Assembly: GCA_016187465.1 (NCBI GenBank)
Contig: JACPJQ010000004.1
Coordinates: forward strand, 176,806-240,805
From: Candidatus Woesearchaeota archaeon
GTDB taxonomy: Archaea > Nanobdellota > Nanobdellia > Woesearchaeales > GW2011-AR4
Direction: 5' to 3'
Length of the DNA stretch: 64,000 nucleotides
The translations under genes were made by a program, and so were the position numbers. The notes beneath the pieces are model-generated. The model had not been told where the DNA came from and made no database searches. It worked only from the letters and a program-made list of their open reading frames with translations. Of the stretch, positions 39,852 through 49,709 are shown in pieces (positions within the stretch are counted from its first letter, which is position 1; every line of letters begins with the position of its first letter).

Positions 39852-41048
39852 CTATTTGCTCGTCACAATCTCCACTACATCCCTGTGCTTCAGTAAATGC
39901 TCTTTTCCGACAGGCCTTTTGCTTTTCACGTCTATCGCCTTTATGAAATGATTGCCAATGTCTGTATGCAGCTTAAACGCAAAGTCAAGGGCTGTAGTGT
40001 TCGGAGGCATCAAAAAGCAGTCCGGAATCACATTGCCGTGCTGGTCTGCCAGCTTGTTAACTCCGCCGGGAAATATGGCAATGTACTTCAATAATTCAAA
40101 AACAGCAATATCAAGAACCTTTTGCACTCCAGTTGAGCCAAATTTTTCAAGAATTTCTGTTTTTATGAAATTTAGTGCATTTTTCTGTTTGTCGCTTAGC
40201 TTATCTTCACTGATGATTTTGAAGTCAGAATCTCCTGGAATATAATCAATCAGTCCGTGCTTTGCAGCCTCCCTTAATGCCAGCTCAGCCTCTGCGCTGC
40301 AGCCAATAAGCATATACTGCGGAAATTCCTTCTTCAGCCTTTCAAAGTTTTCATGCGCCCCTTTGACATCTATCTTGTTGCACGCAATAACCATTGGCTT
40401 TGTTATTTTTCTCAGCTCTGTTGCTATTCTCAAAAGCACGCTCCTGTTCCATTTCATTATATCCAAATCCAGGCTTAATTTTTGGATTACTCTCTCCATT
40501 AATTGCTCAGTAACCCTAAGGGAACTCAATTGTTTTGCGACTGCCTTGTTCAGCTCAGGTTTTTCCTGGTTTACAGTTCTTGCAAACCTTTCCCAGCCTT
40601 TCTCAATCAGCCTTAAGTACCACATGTCAAGCTCGTGCTCAAGAAACTTAATGTCATTTGCCGGGTCATAGCTCAAAGCGGGAACTTGCTCGCCTTTTTC
40701 ATTTGTGGAGCCAGCAGCGTCTATGATGTGTATAAGCACATCTGCCTGATTCAGGTCGTCAAGAAACTGGTTGCCCATTCCCTTGCCTTCGTGAGCCCCA
40801 GGCACCAGTCCTGCAACATCCAGCAATTCCACTGGCACAAACCTTTTGCTGTTGATGCAGTATCCAAATCTCGGATTGCACTTTACATTGAATTCCTTGT
40901 CAACGCAGTCTACTCTAACATAACCTGTGCCGTGATTCGGCTTTATTGTAGTGAATGGATAGCTTGCTATCTCAACATTTGCTAAAGTCTGCGCTTTGAA
41001 GAAAGTGCTTTTTCCGCAGCTGGGCTTGCCCACTATTCCGATTAGCAT
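39852..41048 (-). CDS. ychF: YchF/OLA1-family ATPase/GTPase (archaeal)
   Basis: GKPSCGKST, YPFTT, DVAGLVPGA, NKID, C-terminal TGS domain. Confidence 0.93.
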   Translation of the reverse strand: MLIGIVGKPSCGKSTFFKAQTLANVEIASYPFTTIKPNHGTGYVRVDCVDKEFNVKCNPRFGYCINSKRFVPVELLDVAGLVPGAHEGKGMGNQFLDDLNQADVLIHIIDAAGSTNEKGEQVPALSYDPANDIKFLEHELDMWYLRLIEKGWERFARTVNQEKPELNKAVAKQLSSLRVTEQLMERVIQKLSLDLDIMKWNRSVLLRIATELRKITKPMVIACNKIDVKGAHENFERLKKEFPQYMLIGCSAEAELALREAAKHGLIDYIPGDSDFKIISEDKLSDKQKNALNFIKTEILEKFGSTGVQKVLDIAVFELLKYIAIFPGGVNKLADQHGNVIPDCFLMPPNTTALDFAFKLHTDIGNHFIKAIDVKSKRPVGKEHLLKHRDVVEIVTSK

Positions 41049-41090
41049 GATGCAAGAATATAATAGACAAATAAAAAGGTTTCTTCTTAA

Positions 41091-41423
41091 TTAAGATAAC
41101 GTGTAAATCCCACCAGTTTTTGGGTCATGGAATAATGGTTTTTTTAAATCATAATGTGCCATTTCTATGCCTGCATGTCTGTAATCTTCAGAGATTAAAT
41201 GGCTGTATTTTTGATGAAGTGCTAAGATTAATCTATCCCGAAAATTTGGTTCTTCTTGAATTGGGTGATCACCCATTAACTGGTGTGCTTGGTTTGCCAT
41301 GTCTATTGCACATTGGTTGATTTCAAGTAAGTGGGCTCGTCTGGCAAATTCCGCTAACTTTGGTCCAGATGTATGATTTACTAAGAAAGTTAAAACAGTT
41401 TCCAATGCCGCTTTATTACTCAT
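41091..41423 (-). CDS. hypothetical protein
   Basis: 110-aa orphan ORF. Confidence 0.55.
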   Translation of the reverse strand: MSNKAALETVLTFLVNHTSGPKLAEFARRAHLLEINQCAIDMANQAHQLMGDHPIQEEPNFRDRLILALHQKYSHLISEDYRHAGIEMAHYDLKKPLFHDPKTGGIYTLS

Positions 41424-41516
41424 TTTTTTATTTATTAAACTCTGTTTATTTAAGCTTTTCTGTAAAAATTTTCAAAAATCGAAACCTTTATAAACATATT
41501 TTTCAATGAAAGGAGC

Positions 41517-42119
41517 ATGGCATCGCATCCAATACAAATTCCCGAGTTCAAGATTAAATACAGCGATGTTTTCTCCTTAAGGAACTTGTACATCATGCTT
41601 CACGAGATGCTTCTGGAAGAAGGGTGGATGGGCCCTGATAGCGAGAAAGATCATGAGGACATAGAGACCCTTTATTCCGAAAATGTTTATCAAAGAGGAA
41701 TACACAGAGGCGGGAAAGAGCTTTGGTTCTGGTGGCGCGCATTTAAGTTTCCCGAGGGCAAGTACAGCGGCTATTTCCGAAACAGGCTTGATATAGATGC
41801 CCATGTTGTTTACCTGCAGAATGTTGAGGTTGTTCATCAAGGGCACAAGATAACTGCTCAAAAAGGTGAGATTGAGATGTTCTTTAGGGCGCGTATAGAC
41901 ACAGATTACAAAGGTGAATGGGAGCACCACAAATTCCTGAAGTACATGAAGCCGATTTACGAGAACAGGATTATGCACTCAGAGATAGAAAAAAGGGAAA
42001 AGGAGCTTTGGCGCGACGCTTACCGGATACAGTCCAAAATCAAGCAGTTCCTGAATTTCAGGACTTTTGTGCCGGTGCCCGAGCCGTTCTTCCCGAGGCA
42101 GTTCGGGTTTGAGGAATAA
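41517..42119 (+). CDS. hypothetical protein
   Basis: GGAG RBS, strongly biased host-like codons. Confidence 0.75.
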   Translation: MASHPIQIPEFKIKYSDVFSLRNLYIMLHEMLLEEGWMGPDSEKDHEDIETLYSENVYQRGIHRGGKELWFWWRAFKFPEGKYSGYFRNRLDIDAHVVYLQNVEVVHQGHKITAQKGEIEMFFRARIDTDYKGEWEHHKFLKYMKPIYENRIMHSEIEKREKELWRDAYRIQSKIKQFLNFRTFVPVPEPFFPRQFGFEE

Positions 42120-42123
42120 TTAA

Positions 42124-42408
42124 TCAATTCGGTGGAGGGTATACTCTTTTAAGGATGGCATACTCCCTAGGAGCAATATAAGCAACTCTAACTTTACCGG
42201 TTCTAAAATCCCTCCACAGAGGTGAAAAATGTATATTGCCAACATACTCTTCTGATCCTGGAGTAAGTTCGGCAAATGTCGAGTTTGCATCTTGAACTAT
42301 TTCAAACTTTACATGGTGAGTCGCAGAATTAATCTCCCTCACTATAACATCTATTGAATTGTTAATATTTGCTCCTTCATCTAATCTGTGCTGCAATACT
42401 AATGCCAT
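42124..42408 (-). CDS. putative tandem CsrA/RsmA-like protein
   Basis: By-eye match of LVLQHRLDEGANINNSIDVIVREI..VKFEI and GKVRVAYIAPREYAILKR to the CsrA consensus. Confidence 0.5.
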   Translation of the reverse strand: MALVLQHRLDEGANINNSIDVIVREINSATHHVKFEIVQDANSTFAELTPGSEEYVGNIHFSPLWRDFRTGKVRVAYIAPREYAILKRVYPPPN

Positions 42409-42488
42409 TCGCCATGGTATATAGGTTTAATTTAATAATTTTATCATTCAAAACCTATATAAACAAAGTCTTAAACCTGATTGTTAAC

Positions 42489-42573
42489 GCCTCCGTAGCA
42501 TAGTAGCTATTGCGTCTGACTTGTATACCTGCAAGCCATCAGAAGGTCGCCGGCGCACATCCGGCCGGAGGCT
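42489..42573 (+). tRNA. tRNA-Thr(TGT) with 12-nt intron at 37/38 (42526-42537)
   Basis: Acceptor GCCTCCG/CGGAGGC, stem TCTGA/TCAGA, splice helix CTTG/CAAG; atypical T-loop. Confidence 0.85.
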
Positions 42574-42601
42574 TAGTTTTAAATGAAACATTAAAAATAA
42601 A

Positions 42602-43072
42602 ATGCCAAACAAGGAAATAGAAAATCAATACAACGAACTTAGGAAGAAATTTAAGCTTCCTGAATTCAGGGAAATTGACTTTGAGATGGAGATAAGTGAT
42701 TTTGAGGAAACAAACTTCCTCCTGAGGGCGATTATAAGAAGAATAACAGAAAGGCTCGATTTCTACACAACTATGGTTGAAGAGGTTATTCAGCCTGACG
42801 CATCAAATCTTTACGCTATGCACGAGACAAGGCACTTTGACGACGTCGAGAAGAAACGGATGTTTGACCTCTATAGGAAGCTCATGGACTTCAACAGGCG
42901 CTCAATAGAGAACTCGCTTGGGCATGACGAGGGCAGCGAAGCAGGCTTAATAAATGATTTTTTTGATGAATGGAAAGGCATCAAGAAGGAACTGCTAGGA
43001 TTCGTTAAAAAAATGAGGGATTCATGGAAAACAGAAACAGATATAAAAGAGGACATTGGCTACTTGGGTTAA
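42602..43072 (+). CDS. hypothetical helical protein upstream of adk
   Basis: 156-aa ORF coupled to adk; ends GYLG. Confidence 0.75.
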   Translation: MPNKEIENQYNELRKKFKLPEFREIDFEMEISDFEETNFLLRAIIRRITERLDFYTTMVEEVIQPDASNLYAMHETRHFDDVEKKRMFDLYRKLMDFNRRSIENSLGHDEGSEAGLINDFFDEWKGIKKELLGFVKKMRDSWKTETDIKEDIGYLG

Positions 43073-43073
43073 A

Positions 43074-43727
43074 ATGCAGCTTATAATATTCGGCCCGCCG
43101 GGAGTTGGAAAAGGAACTTTGTCTGATTTGCTCGCTGACAAGTACAAGATTCCCCATATTTCAACAGGGGACATCTTCAGGAACGAGATAAACAGCGGCA
43201 ACAGCGAGCTTACCCAGTATGTTGAAAAGGGATTGCTAGTGCCAGATATGGTTGTCAACAAGGTAATAGAAAAGGCATTAAAGCAGGAAACTTTCAAGAG
43301 CGGCTTTATACTTGACGGCTACCCAAGGACGACCGATCAGGCAGAGTTTCTCGAGAATGCATTGTGGAAGCTGAAGAAGAACATCGACATAGTCCTGAAC
43401 CTTGTTGCCTCTGAAGAGGAGATTGTTGAGAGAGCCACCCAGCGCAGGATGTGCGGCAAGTGCGGAGCTTTGTACAATCTGGTCACAATGAAGCCTAAAA
43501 AGAAAGATGCTTGCGATAAATGCAACGGCCCTCTTGTCCAAAGAAAAGACGATGAAGAAGACACTGTGAGAAAGAGAATCCAGGTCTATCGGGAGGAAAC
43601 CACTCCTTTGATTGAGCACTACAAGAAGAAAAAACTGCTCATAGATGTTGACGCTTCAAAAAAGCCGAGGACAATCTACAGTGAAGTTTTGAAGATTATC
43701 GAAGCAAAAATTCCAAAGCAACAGTAG
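43074..43727 (+). CDS. adk: adenylate kinase (Zn-lid type)
   Basis: GPPGVGKGT, STGDIFR, LDGYPR, CxxC...CxxC lid. Confidence 0.95.
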   Translation: MQLIIFGPPGVGKGTLSDLLADKYKIPHISTGDIFRNEINSGNSELTQYVEKGLLVPDMVVNKVIEKALKQETFKSGFILDGYPRTTDQAEFLENALWKLKKNIDIVLNLVASEEEIVERATQRRMCGKCGALYNLVTMKPKKKDACDKCNGPLVQRKDDEEDTVRKRIQVYREETTPLIEHYKKKKLLIDVDASKKPRTIYSEVLKIIEAKIPKQQ

Positions 43728-44685
43728 CATAGCAGCTCTTCGGCAGAGTGAAATTCAATATGGCTTTTTTCTTATTTTTGTTCAATTCGTCATCATCTAT
43801 TTCTAAGATTCTAAATCTTAATTGGAAAAACAAGTCTCTAAAACTGCCTTCCGAGGTCAATTCCGGCATCTGGCTTATTATGAAGTCCCTTGGGTTGATT
43901 TCTTCTTTTTCTAGAATACTCTTCATTATGTTTTTTAATGTTTTGACTTTTATAGAGTTTAATTCAAAATCAAACCCAATTATTGGGATTTTTATGTTTT
44001 TCTTGATTTTATTGTTTTTCCGGTATTGAAGTACGATTTCATTGAACAAAAACGATTGATAAGAATGCACCAGCAGTTTTCTTGTTTTCAATGGGATAAG
44101 CCTTAACGCCCCAGCATAATTATTCCTGTTATTCTTTAAGTACTGCCCAATACCCTCTTCAACAGCGCCATTATTTTCCAGAATCAAATCAACTGCTTTA
44201 CCAAACTCTCTCTTTACTATTGCTTTCCCAATAAAATGGTTGTTTTTGCTGAACCTCTGCGGACCGTAAAGGTTAGGGATTATTATTTTTTTGTTTTGAA
44301 GTTTTTTTATTTTTTTAATTTCGTTATTGTTCAAATTTCGCATTGTTATCACAAACTCATTGCCTTCCAAATCCCCCAAAGAAATCGGCTCTTTTCCGTT
44401 TCCCAAATATCTCAATTCAATATTCTCAAATTCAATATGCTCAAAATTCCTGCTGCCCCTGAATATTGATATCTTCTGCTCAGTTTTCGCTAATTTGTCC
44501 TTGTTGCCTGCAAACCCAAAATTTTTCAGAGGTATTCTGAACCTTTTTGACAGAATTTGCAGTGCACCGATTGTCGTGTAATTGATTTTTTTGAGAAGGA
44601 AATAAGCATATTGTCCATTGCCTGCTTTAATATCGCTTACCTCTTTAACTATAAAGTCTTCCGGAATCTGCTTGATTTTGTGCAT
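43696..44685 (-). CDS. truD: tRNA pseudouridine(13) synthase
   Basis: PEDFIVKE, AGNKDK, NLYGPQRF, LPKSCYAT. Confidence 0.93.
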   Translation of the reverse strand: MHKIKQIPEDFIVKEVSDIKAGNGQYAYFLLKKINYTTIGALQILSKRFRIPLKNFGFAGNKDKLAKTEQKISIFRGSRNFEHIEFENIELRYLGNGKEPISLGDLEGNEFVITMRNLNNNEIKKIKKLQNKKIIIPNLYGPQRFSKNNHFIGKAIVKREFGKAVDLILENNGAVEEGIGQYLKNNRNNYAGALRLIPLKTRKLLVHSYQSFLFNEIVLQYRKNNKIKKNIKIPIIGFDFELNSIKVKTLKNIMKSILEKEEINPRDFIISQMPELTSEGSFRDLFFQLRFRILEIDDDELNKNKKKAILNFTLPKSCYATVALEFLLR

Positions 44686-44815
44686 GAAAAATAGAAAATA
44701 CGAGATTGTTTTTAAGTGTTACCGAGTGATGGCAATTTAAATCAGAAATCTATAAAAAGGATTAAATAATATATTGCTTATCCTACTTTAAAATTCAAGT
44801 TATCGGTGAAACCTA

Positions 44816-45361
44816 ATGAATACCTTGGAAAGCGAGCTGTGTTACATGGAAAAAATTCCTTACTATTTTGACAGACTTCAAGCTTGCAGAACCGTACTTG
44901 AAAAATGGTCTGAGACTCATCAAACTGTATCTTCTTTTGTTAAAGGAGATTTGTCCCCAAAAAAGTTTGTAATACAAGCAACCCCGTTATTGAAAGTTTT
45001 TATTCCTCACTGGATCAATGGCAATGATAAAAAGGTGTATGGGGAATTGACTCAAATTGTCGACCTCAAAGATAACCTGGAGAATCACGTGACAGTGTTT
45101 GGCAATCCTTTCGGTATGGCTTTTGTTCTGGGTTTGTTGACTCCGACCTTCGCGGCAGCTGCTTCTTACTACTCTGGAGGCGAGGTTGATTATTACGTTG
45201 TTGTTCAAACTGGGGCGTACGGGGCAAAATTGGGCGCATTAATAGGAACTGGGATATCGGTATGGAGATCTATAGAATTAGTCAAGGCAAGAGAGCAGGC
45301 GAGTCATATAGAATCTATAATCCAAGAGGTCAACCCCCAACCGGATAATTATCAATTGTAA
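44816..45361 (+). CDS. hypothetical membrane protein with glycine zipper
   Basis: GAYGAKLGALIG helix. Confidence 0.6.
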   Translation: MNTLESELCYMEKIPYYFDRLQACRTVLEKWSETHQTVSSFVKGDLSPKKFVIQATPLLKVFIPHWINGNDKKVYGELTQIVDLKDNLENHVTVFGNPFGMAFVLGLLTPTFAAAASYYSGGEVDYYVVVQTGAYGAKLGALIGTGISVWRSIELVKAREQASHIESIIQEVNPQPDNYQL

Positions 45362-45363
45362 TT

Positions 45364-46356
45364 TCACTTCCCAATCAGCTTAATCACATCAATCATTCTC
45401 TCGCTGAAGCCCCACTCGTTGTCATACCATGCAATAACCTTCACAAAATTTCCTTCAATCACGTTTGTAAGCCCAGAATCAAATATTGATGAATTCGGGT
45501 TTGTTATTATGTCCACAGATACAATAGGATCTTCTGTGTATTCCAAAACTCCTTTCAGGCTTTTTGCAGCGTTCTTGAATGCCTGGTTGATTTCTTCCTT
45601 TGTCGTGCTTTTCTCCAGCTCGCAGACAAAATCCGTCACAGAGCCTGACGCAACAGGAACCCTGAATGCCAGGCCGTCAATCTTGCCCTTTAATTCGGCT
45701 ATCACTTCCGCAACTGCCTTTGCAGCCCCTGTTGTTGTCGGTATTATCGACACTGCAGCGCTTCTTGCCCTTCTCATGTCCTTGTGAGGCGCGTCAACCA
45801 GTCTCTGGTCGGCTGTGTAGGCATGGATAGTTGTCATAAAGCCTCTTTTAATCTTGAAATTGTCATGAAGCACTTTGACGACAGGCGCAAGGCAGTTTGT
45901 AGTGCACGACGCATTTGAGACAATATGATGCTTGCTCTTGTCATACATTTTTTCATTGACGCCCATCACAATAGTTATGTCGTGGTTTTTTGCAGGAGCG
46001 CTTATCAGGACTTTTTTAGCGCCTGCCTTCAGATGCAGCTCAGCGCCTTCCCTGTATGTGAACTTGCCCGTGCTTTCAACTACAACATCTACCTTCATAT
46101 CTTTCCACGGCAATTTTAGAGGCTCCAAAACAGAAAGCACTTTTATTTTCTTTCCGTCAATTATCAAAGAATCGCCGTTTGCTTCAACTTTTCCGTCATA
46201 TCTTCCATGCACTGAATCATACTTGAAAAGATGCGCCAGAGTTTTTGCGTCTGTGACATCGTTGACAGCAACCCAGTTTATGCTTTTGTCTTTTATTCCT
46301 GCCCTTAGAACAAGCCTTCCAATCCTGCCAAAACCGTTGATTGCGACGTTAATCAT
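45364..46356 (-). CDS. gap: type I (bacterial-type) glyceraldehyde-3-phosphate dehydrogenase
   Basis: [25 protein letters not shown]. Confidence 0.96.
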   Translation of the reverse strand: MINVAINGFGRIGRLVLRAGIKDKSINWVAVNDVTDAKTLAHLFKYDSVHGRYDGKVEANGDSLIIDGKKIKVLSVLEPLKLPWKDMKVDVVVESTGKFTYREGAELHLKAGAKKVLISAPAKNHDITIVMGVNEKMYDKSKHHIVSNASCTTNCLAPVVKVLHDNFKIKRGFMTTIHAYTADQRLVDAPHKDMRRARSAAVSIIPTTTGAAKAVAEVIAELKGKIDGLAFRVPVASGSVTDFVCELEKSTTKEEINQAFKNAAKSLKGVLEYTEDPIVSVDIITNPNSSIFDSGLTNVIEGNFVKVIAWYDNEWGFSERMIDVIKLIGK

Positions 46357-46395
46357 AAGAAATTTTAACTATAACTTATATAAAAAGATTGCGCA

Positions 46396-47520
46396 CTAGG
46401 ATCCAGTTTCTCTTTTAATTATACGATTGATAGTTCTAAAGTCTATCCCCGTAATTCTAGCCGCTTTTTTCTTATTCCCTTTAGTTTGTTCTAAAGCCCG
46501 TCTCAATGCCAAGTCCCTCAGCTCTTGAACGTTTAGCGTAGGTAATTCACCATTGTGCCCATCCTTTTCAGATCCATATTGACCAATGCTTAAGTCATTA
46601 CTTCCAATACTGCCACCATTCAGAAGATAACTCTGGGCTTTCATGTAAAGGATTAATATTGCTAAAACTTCATCAGTTATTTGGTCAAAACCAAGTGATT
46701 TGCCCCTTAAAATAATATTTTCAAGTCCCCTAAAATTTCCAGGGAAATTTGTTGATTTAATTTCTTCCAATATTTTGTCCGAGATGAACCCACTGGTTCC
46801 TGCAAAATATTCCACAATTGCTTTTAAATCTTCACCAGCCCTCTCTCTTAAAGGTGGTAAACAAATAACAGTTTGTTCCAATCTATAGAATAAATCCTCC
46901 CTAAACTCCCCGATTCTTACAAGTTCAGCCAAATCTTTATTTGTTGATGCAATCACCCGCGTGTTGCTTAAATCTATATCCTTTCCCCTTCCAAGTCGAT
47001 GAAATCTTCTTTCTTCCAATACCCTTAGAAGCGTTTTCTGAACATCAAGAGTCATATCTCCAATTTCATCTAAAACAATTGTGCCGTCTACCGCTTCTTC
47101 AAACGCTCCGATTTTGCCGCTGGGATCTGCGCTGGTGAATGCGCCTCTGGAGTATCCAAACAATTCAGTGGAGAGAAGATCTTTATTGTGGAAGCTGCAG
47201 TTTACAATCACATAGTTATTATTTAAAGGTCTATGTCTTGTACTGTTATAGTGCAATGCTTTTGCAACTAACTCCTTGCCAGTCCCTGTTTCTCCAATTA
47301 AAAGTACGTGGGTATATTTGTTAATAGCCTGTTCAATTAGGTAGAAAACAGTAATCATATGCGGTGATTTTCCTATTATCTTTTTCCCAGTATCATTTAT
47401 ATTATAAACTCCTTTATCTTTATCATAGTGATCTATTCCGCCTCCCTTGTTTAGCTTATCAAACGCTAGAAATGCAAAAGCATTCTGCGCATTCTGAATC
47501 AATTTAAGATACTCCCCCAT
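46396..47520 (-). CDS. sigma54-type enhancer-binding AAA+ ATPase with Fis HTH
   Basis: GETGTGKE, ELFG...GAFTSA, LDEIG, RVIASTN, FREDLFYRL, PGNFRGLEN, ALEQTKGNKKKAARITGI. Confidence 0.9.
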   Translation of the reverse strand: MGEYLKLIQNAQNAFAFLAFDKLNKGGGIDHYDKDKGVYNINDTGKKIIGKSPHMITVFYLIEQAINKYTHVLLIGETGTGKELVAKALHYNSTRHRPLNNNYVIVNCSFHNKDLLSTELFGYSRGAFTSADPSGKIGAFEEAVDGTIVLDEIGDMTLDVQKTLLRVLEERRFHRLGRGKDIDLSNTRVIASTNKDLAELVRIGEFREDLFYRLEQTVICLPPLRERAGEDLKAIVEYFAGTSGFISDKILEEIKSTNFPGNFRGLENIILRGKSLGFDQITDEVLAILILYMKAQSYLLNGGSIGSNDLSIGQYGSEKDGHNGELPTLNVQELRDLALRRALEQTKGNKKKAARITGIDFRTINRIIKRETGS

Positions 47521-47561
47521 ACTGTAAAAGAACATTAATCCTTTTATAAACCTTGCTTTCT

Positions 47562-49274
47562 CTATTTCTTCATCATCCTCATCATCTCCTTCAAACTTCT
47601 CGTATTAATGATGTCTTTCTTTTCAGCCCATCCTCGCCTTGCAGTTCCGATTCCGAGCCTGATGAAATGCAGCTGGTCTGTGTTGTGGGCGTCTGTGCTT
47701 ATCACAAGCTTAACCCCCGCTTTTACAGCAGCCCTTGCATGCGAATCCTTTAAATCCAATCTTTCAGGATAGGAGTTTATCTCCATGATTGTGCCTGTTT
47801 TCTTAGCAGCTTCAAAAACGCTGTCCAAATCAATCTCATAGCCTTCTCTTTTCGTTATCAGCCTTCCGGTTGGATGGGCTATGATGTCAACATTCTCGTT
47901 TTCCATTGCCTTAATCATTCTTTTTGTTATCTTATCCTTTGGATTTTTAAATCCCGAATGTATCGAGGCAACAACAATGTCAAGCTGTTTCAAAACTTTA
48001 TCAGGCATGTCCAAGTTTCCATCGTCTTTTATATTCACCTCAACACCTTGCAATATCTTTATTCCGCTCAGCCTTTTATTAACTTTTTCAATCTCTTTTC
48101 TTTGCTTTAAAATCCTTTTTTCATCCAGGGCATTTGCTATTGCCAGCTTTCCTGTATGGTCTGTAATGCATATGTACCCATGTCCTAGATTTTTTGCCGC
48201 CAAAGCCATTTCTTCTATTGTATTGCTGCCGTCGCTCCATTTTGTGTGCATCTGCAAGTCTCCTTTAATGTCGTCATAGTTGACTAATTTTGGCAGCATG
48301 TGGCGCTGCGCCATCTCTATCTCGCCTTCATTTTCCCTCATCTCAGGCTCTATGCAGTCCATTCCAAGCTTTTTGTAGATTTCTTCTTCTGTTCTACCGG
48401 CAACAAGCTTGTCTGTTTTAGCGTCAAACAACCCGTATTCGCTTAGCTTAAGTCCCTTTTCTATTGCAATCCTTCTCAGCAAAATGTTGTGCTCTTTGTT
48501 GCCTGTAAAGTAAAGCAATGCAGCTCCGAAAATTTTGTCGTCCAAAACCCTTAAGTCAACCTGAATTCCTTCCTTCAGCCTTACAGAAGATTTTGTCGGC
48601 CCTTCTGCCAGCACTTGGGCAACATTAGGTATTTTCGTGAAAAAATCAATAACTTTTTCAGGAGCTTTTGATGTTGCAAGAATGTCAATATCACCAATTG
48701 TTTCCTTCATCCTTCTTGTTGAGCCTGCAATACTTGCCCTTGTTACTTCTTTTAAGGTTTTCAGCATCCTGACAACTTCTTCCGCGCTGCTTAGCGCAAA
48801 TCCAAGAGGCACTCTTTCGCTTGATTTTTTTGCAAACTCTATGCTTTTCAAAATGTTCTGCTCAACAGTCGGGCCTAATCCCCTGATTTTTTGTATTTTG
48901 CCTTGCTTTGCAGCTTTCTCCATATCACCAACGCTCTTGACTTTCAATTCCCTGTAGAGCTTCAGTATTGTTTTTGGCCCTATGCCTTCAATTTTGCCAA
49001 GCTGCTCCATGTCAACAGGCGTTTTTTTCTTAAGCTCTTCAAGATGCTTCGATTTGCCGCTTTTCAGAAAATCATCGATTTTTTTTGCAATCCCTTCTCC
49101 AACCCCGGGCAGCTCCATCAGCTTATTTTCCTTCCAGACTTCCTCAATGTCCTCGGAAAGCCCTTCTATGACCAAAGCAGCTTTCCTGTAAGCCCTTACC
49201 TTGAACGGCTCATTGGCAAACTCAAGATAATCCGCTATTTCATTGAGAAGCTCAGATACTTCAATGTTTTTCAT
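47562..49274 (-). CDS. polX: DNA polymerase X / PHP exonuclease
   Basis: HhH motifs, AGSTRR, GDIDIL, YFTG, PHP HTKWSDG/STDAH. Confidence 0.95.
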   Translation of the reverse strand: MKNIEVSELLNEIADYLEFANEPFKVRAYRKAALVIEGLSEDIEEVWKENKLMELPGVGEGIAKKIDDFLKSGKSKHLEELKKKTPVDMEQLGKIEGIGPKTILKLYRELKVKSVGDMEKAAKQGKIQKIRGLGPTVEQNILKSIEFAKKSSERVPLGFALSSAEEVVRMLKTLKEVTRASIAGSTRRMKETIGDIDILATSKAPEKVIDFFTKIPNVAQVLAEGPTKSSVRLKEGIQVDLRVLDDKIFGAALLYFTGNKEHNILLRRIAIEKGLKLSEYGLFDAKTDKLVAGRTEEEIYKKLGMDCIEPEMRENEGEIEMAQRHMLPKLVNYDDIKGDLQMHTKWSDGSNTIEEMALAAKNLGHGYICITDHTGKLAIANALDEKRILKQRKEIEKVNKRLSGIKILQGVEVNIKDDGNLDMPDKVLKQLDIVVASIHSGFKNPKDKITKRMIKAMENENVDIIAHPTGRLITKREGYEIDLDSVFEAAKKTGTIMEINSYPERLDLKDSHARAAVKAGVKLVISTDAHNTDQLHFIRLGIGTARRGWAEKKDIINTRSLKEMMRMMKK

Positions 49275-49309
49275 AGAAAGAGATTTTAATTTTTAAGGTA
49301 TTTAAATAT

Positions 49310-49657
49310 TTAGGATTTAATGTTCTGCCGTGCTTCTTGCACCCAACCGCACTTTCCTAAAGCTTCAATGCAGACACATCCGTATCCTCGATTGATGGGA
49401 TGGGAAGGCACAATGTCGCATGTTGTAACAGCGCCCTCATACTTTTTAGGATTGTTCGTGCAAATGCCATGGCCGCCGCCACACCCTTCTCCTGCATAAT
49501 AACACTCAGATGCTGTGAGGCAGTTCCCTTCTGAATACGTTAGTAAGTATTCCTCTGGCAACTCTTTGCCTGTAGGCTCCTGCACTTCTTTTTTGGCACA
49601 GCTGCTGACCAATAAAATTCCCAAAATCAAAATAAAAAGCAGAGTATTTGATTTCAT
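49310..49657 (-). CDS. small Cys-rich lipoprotein
   Basis: Lipobox-like VSSC; six further Cys ending CVC...KCGW. Confidence 0.7.
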   Translation of the reverse strand: MKSNTLLFILILGILLVSSCAKKEVQEPTGKELPEEYLLTYSEGNCLTASECYYAGEGCGGGHGICTNNPKKYEGAVTTCDIVPSHPINRGYGCVCIEALGKCGWVQEARQNIKS

Positions 49658-49709
49658 TTTCTTAAGACTACATGATGGGTATCCTCGCTTATTAAAATAT
49701 TTGGCATAT

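Noticed and set aside
45364-46356. Bacterial-type GAPDH as a novelty or contamination sign
   Set aside because: Type I GAPDH is already known in some archaea including DPANN, and its codon style matches neighbouring core genes.
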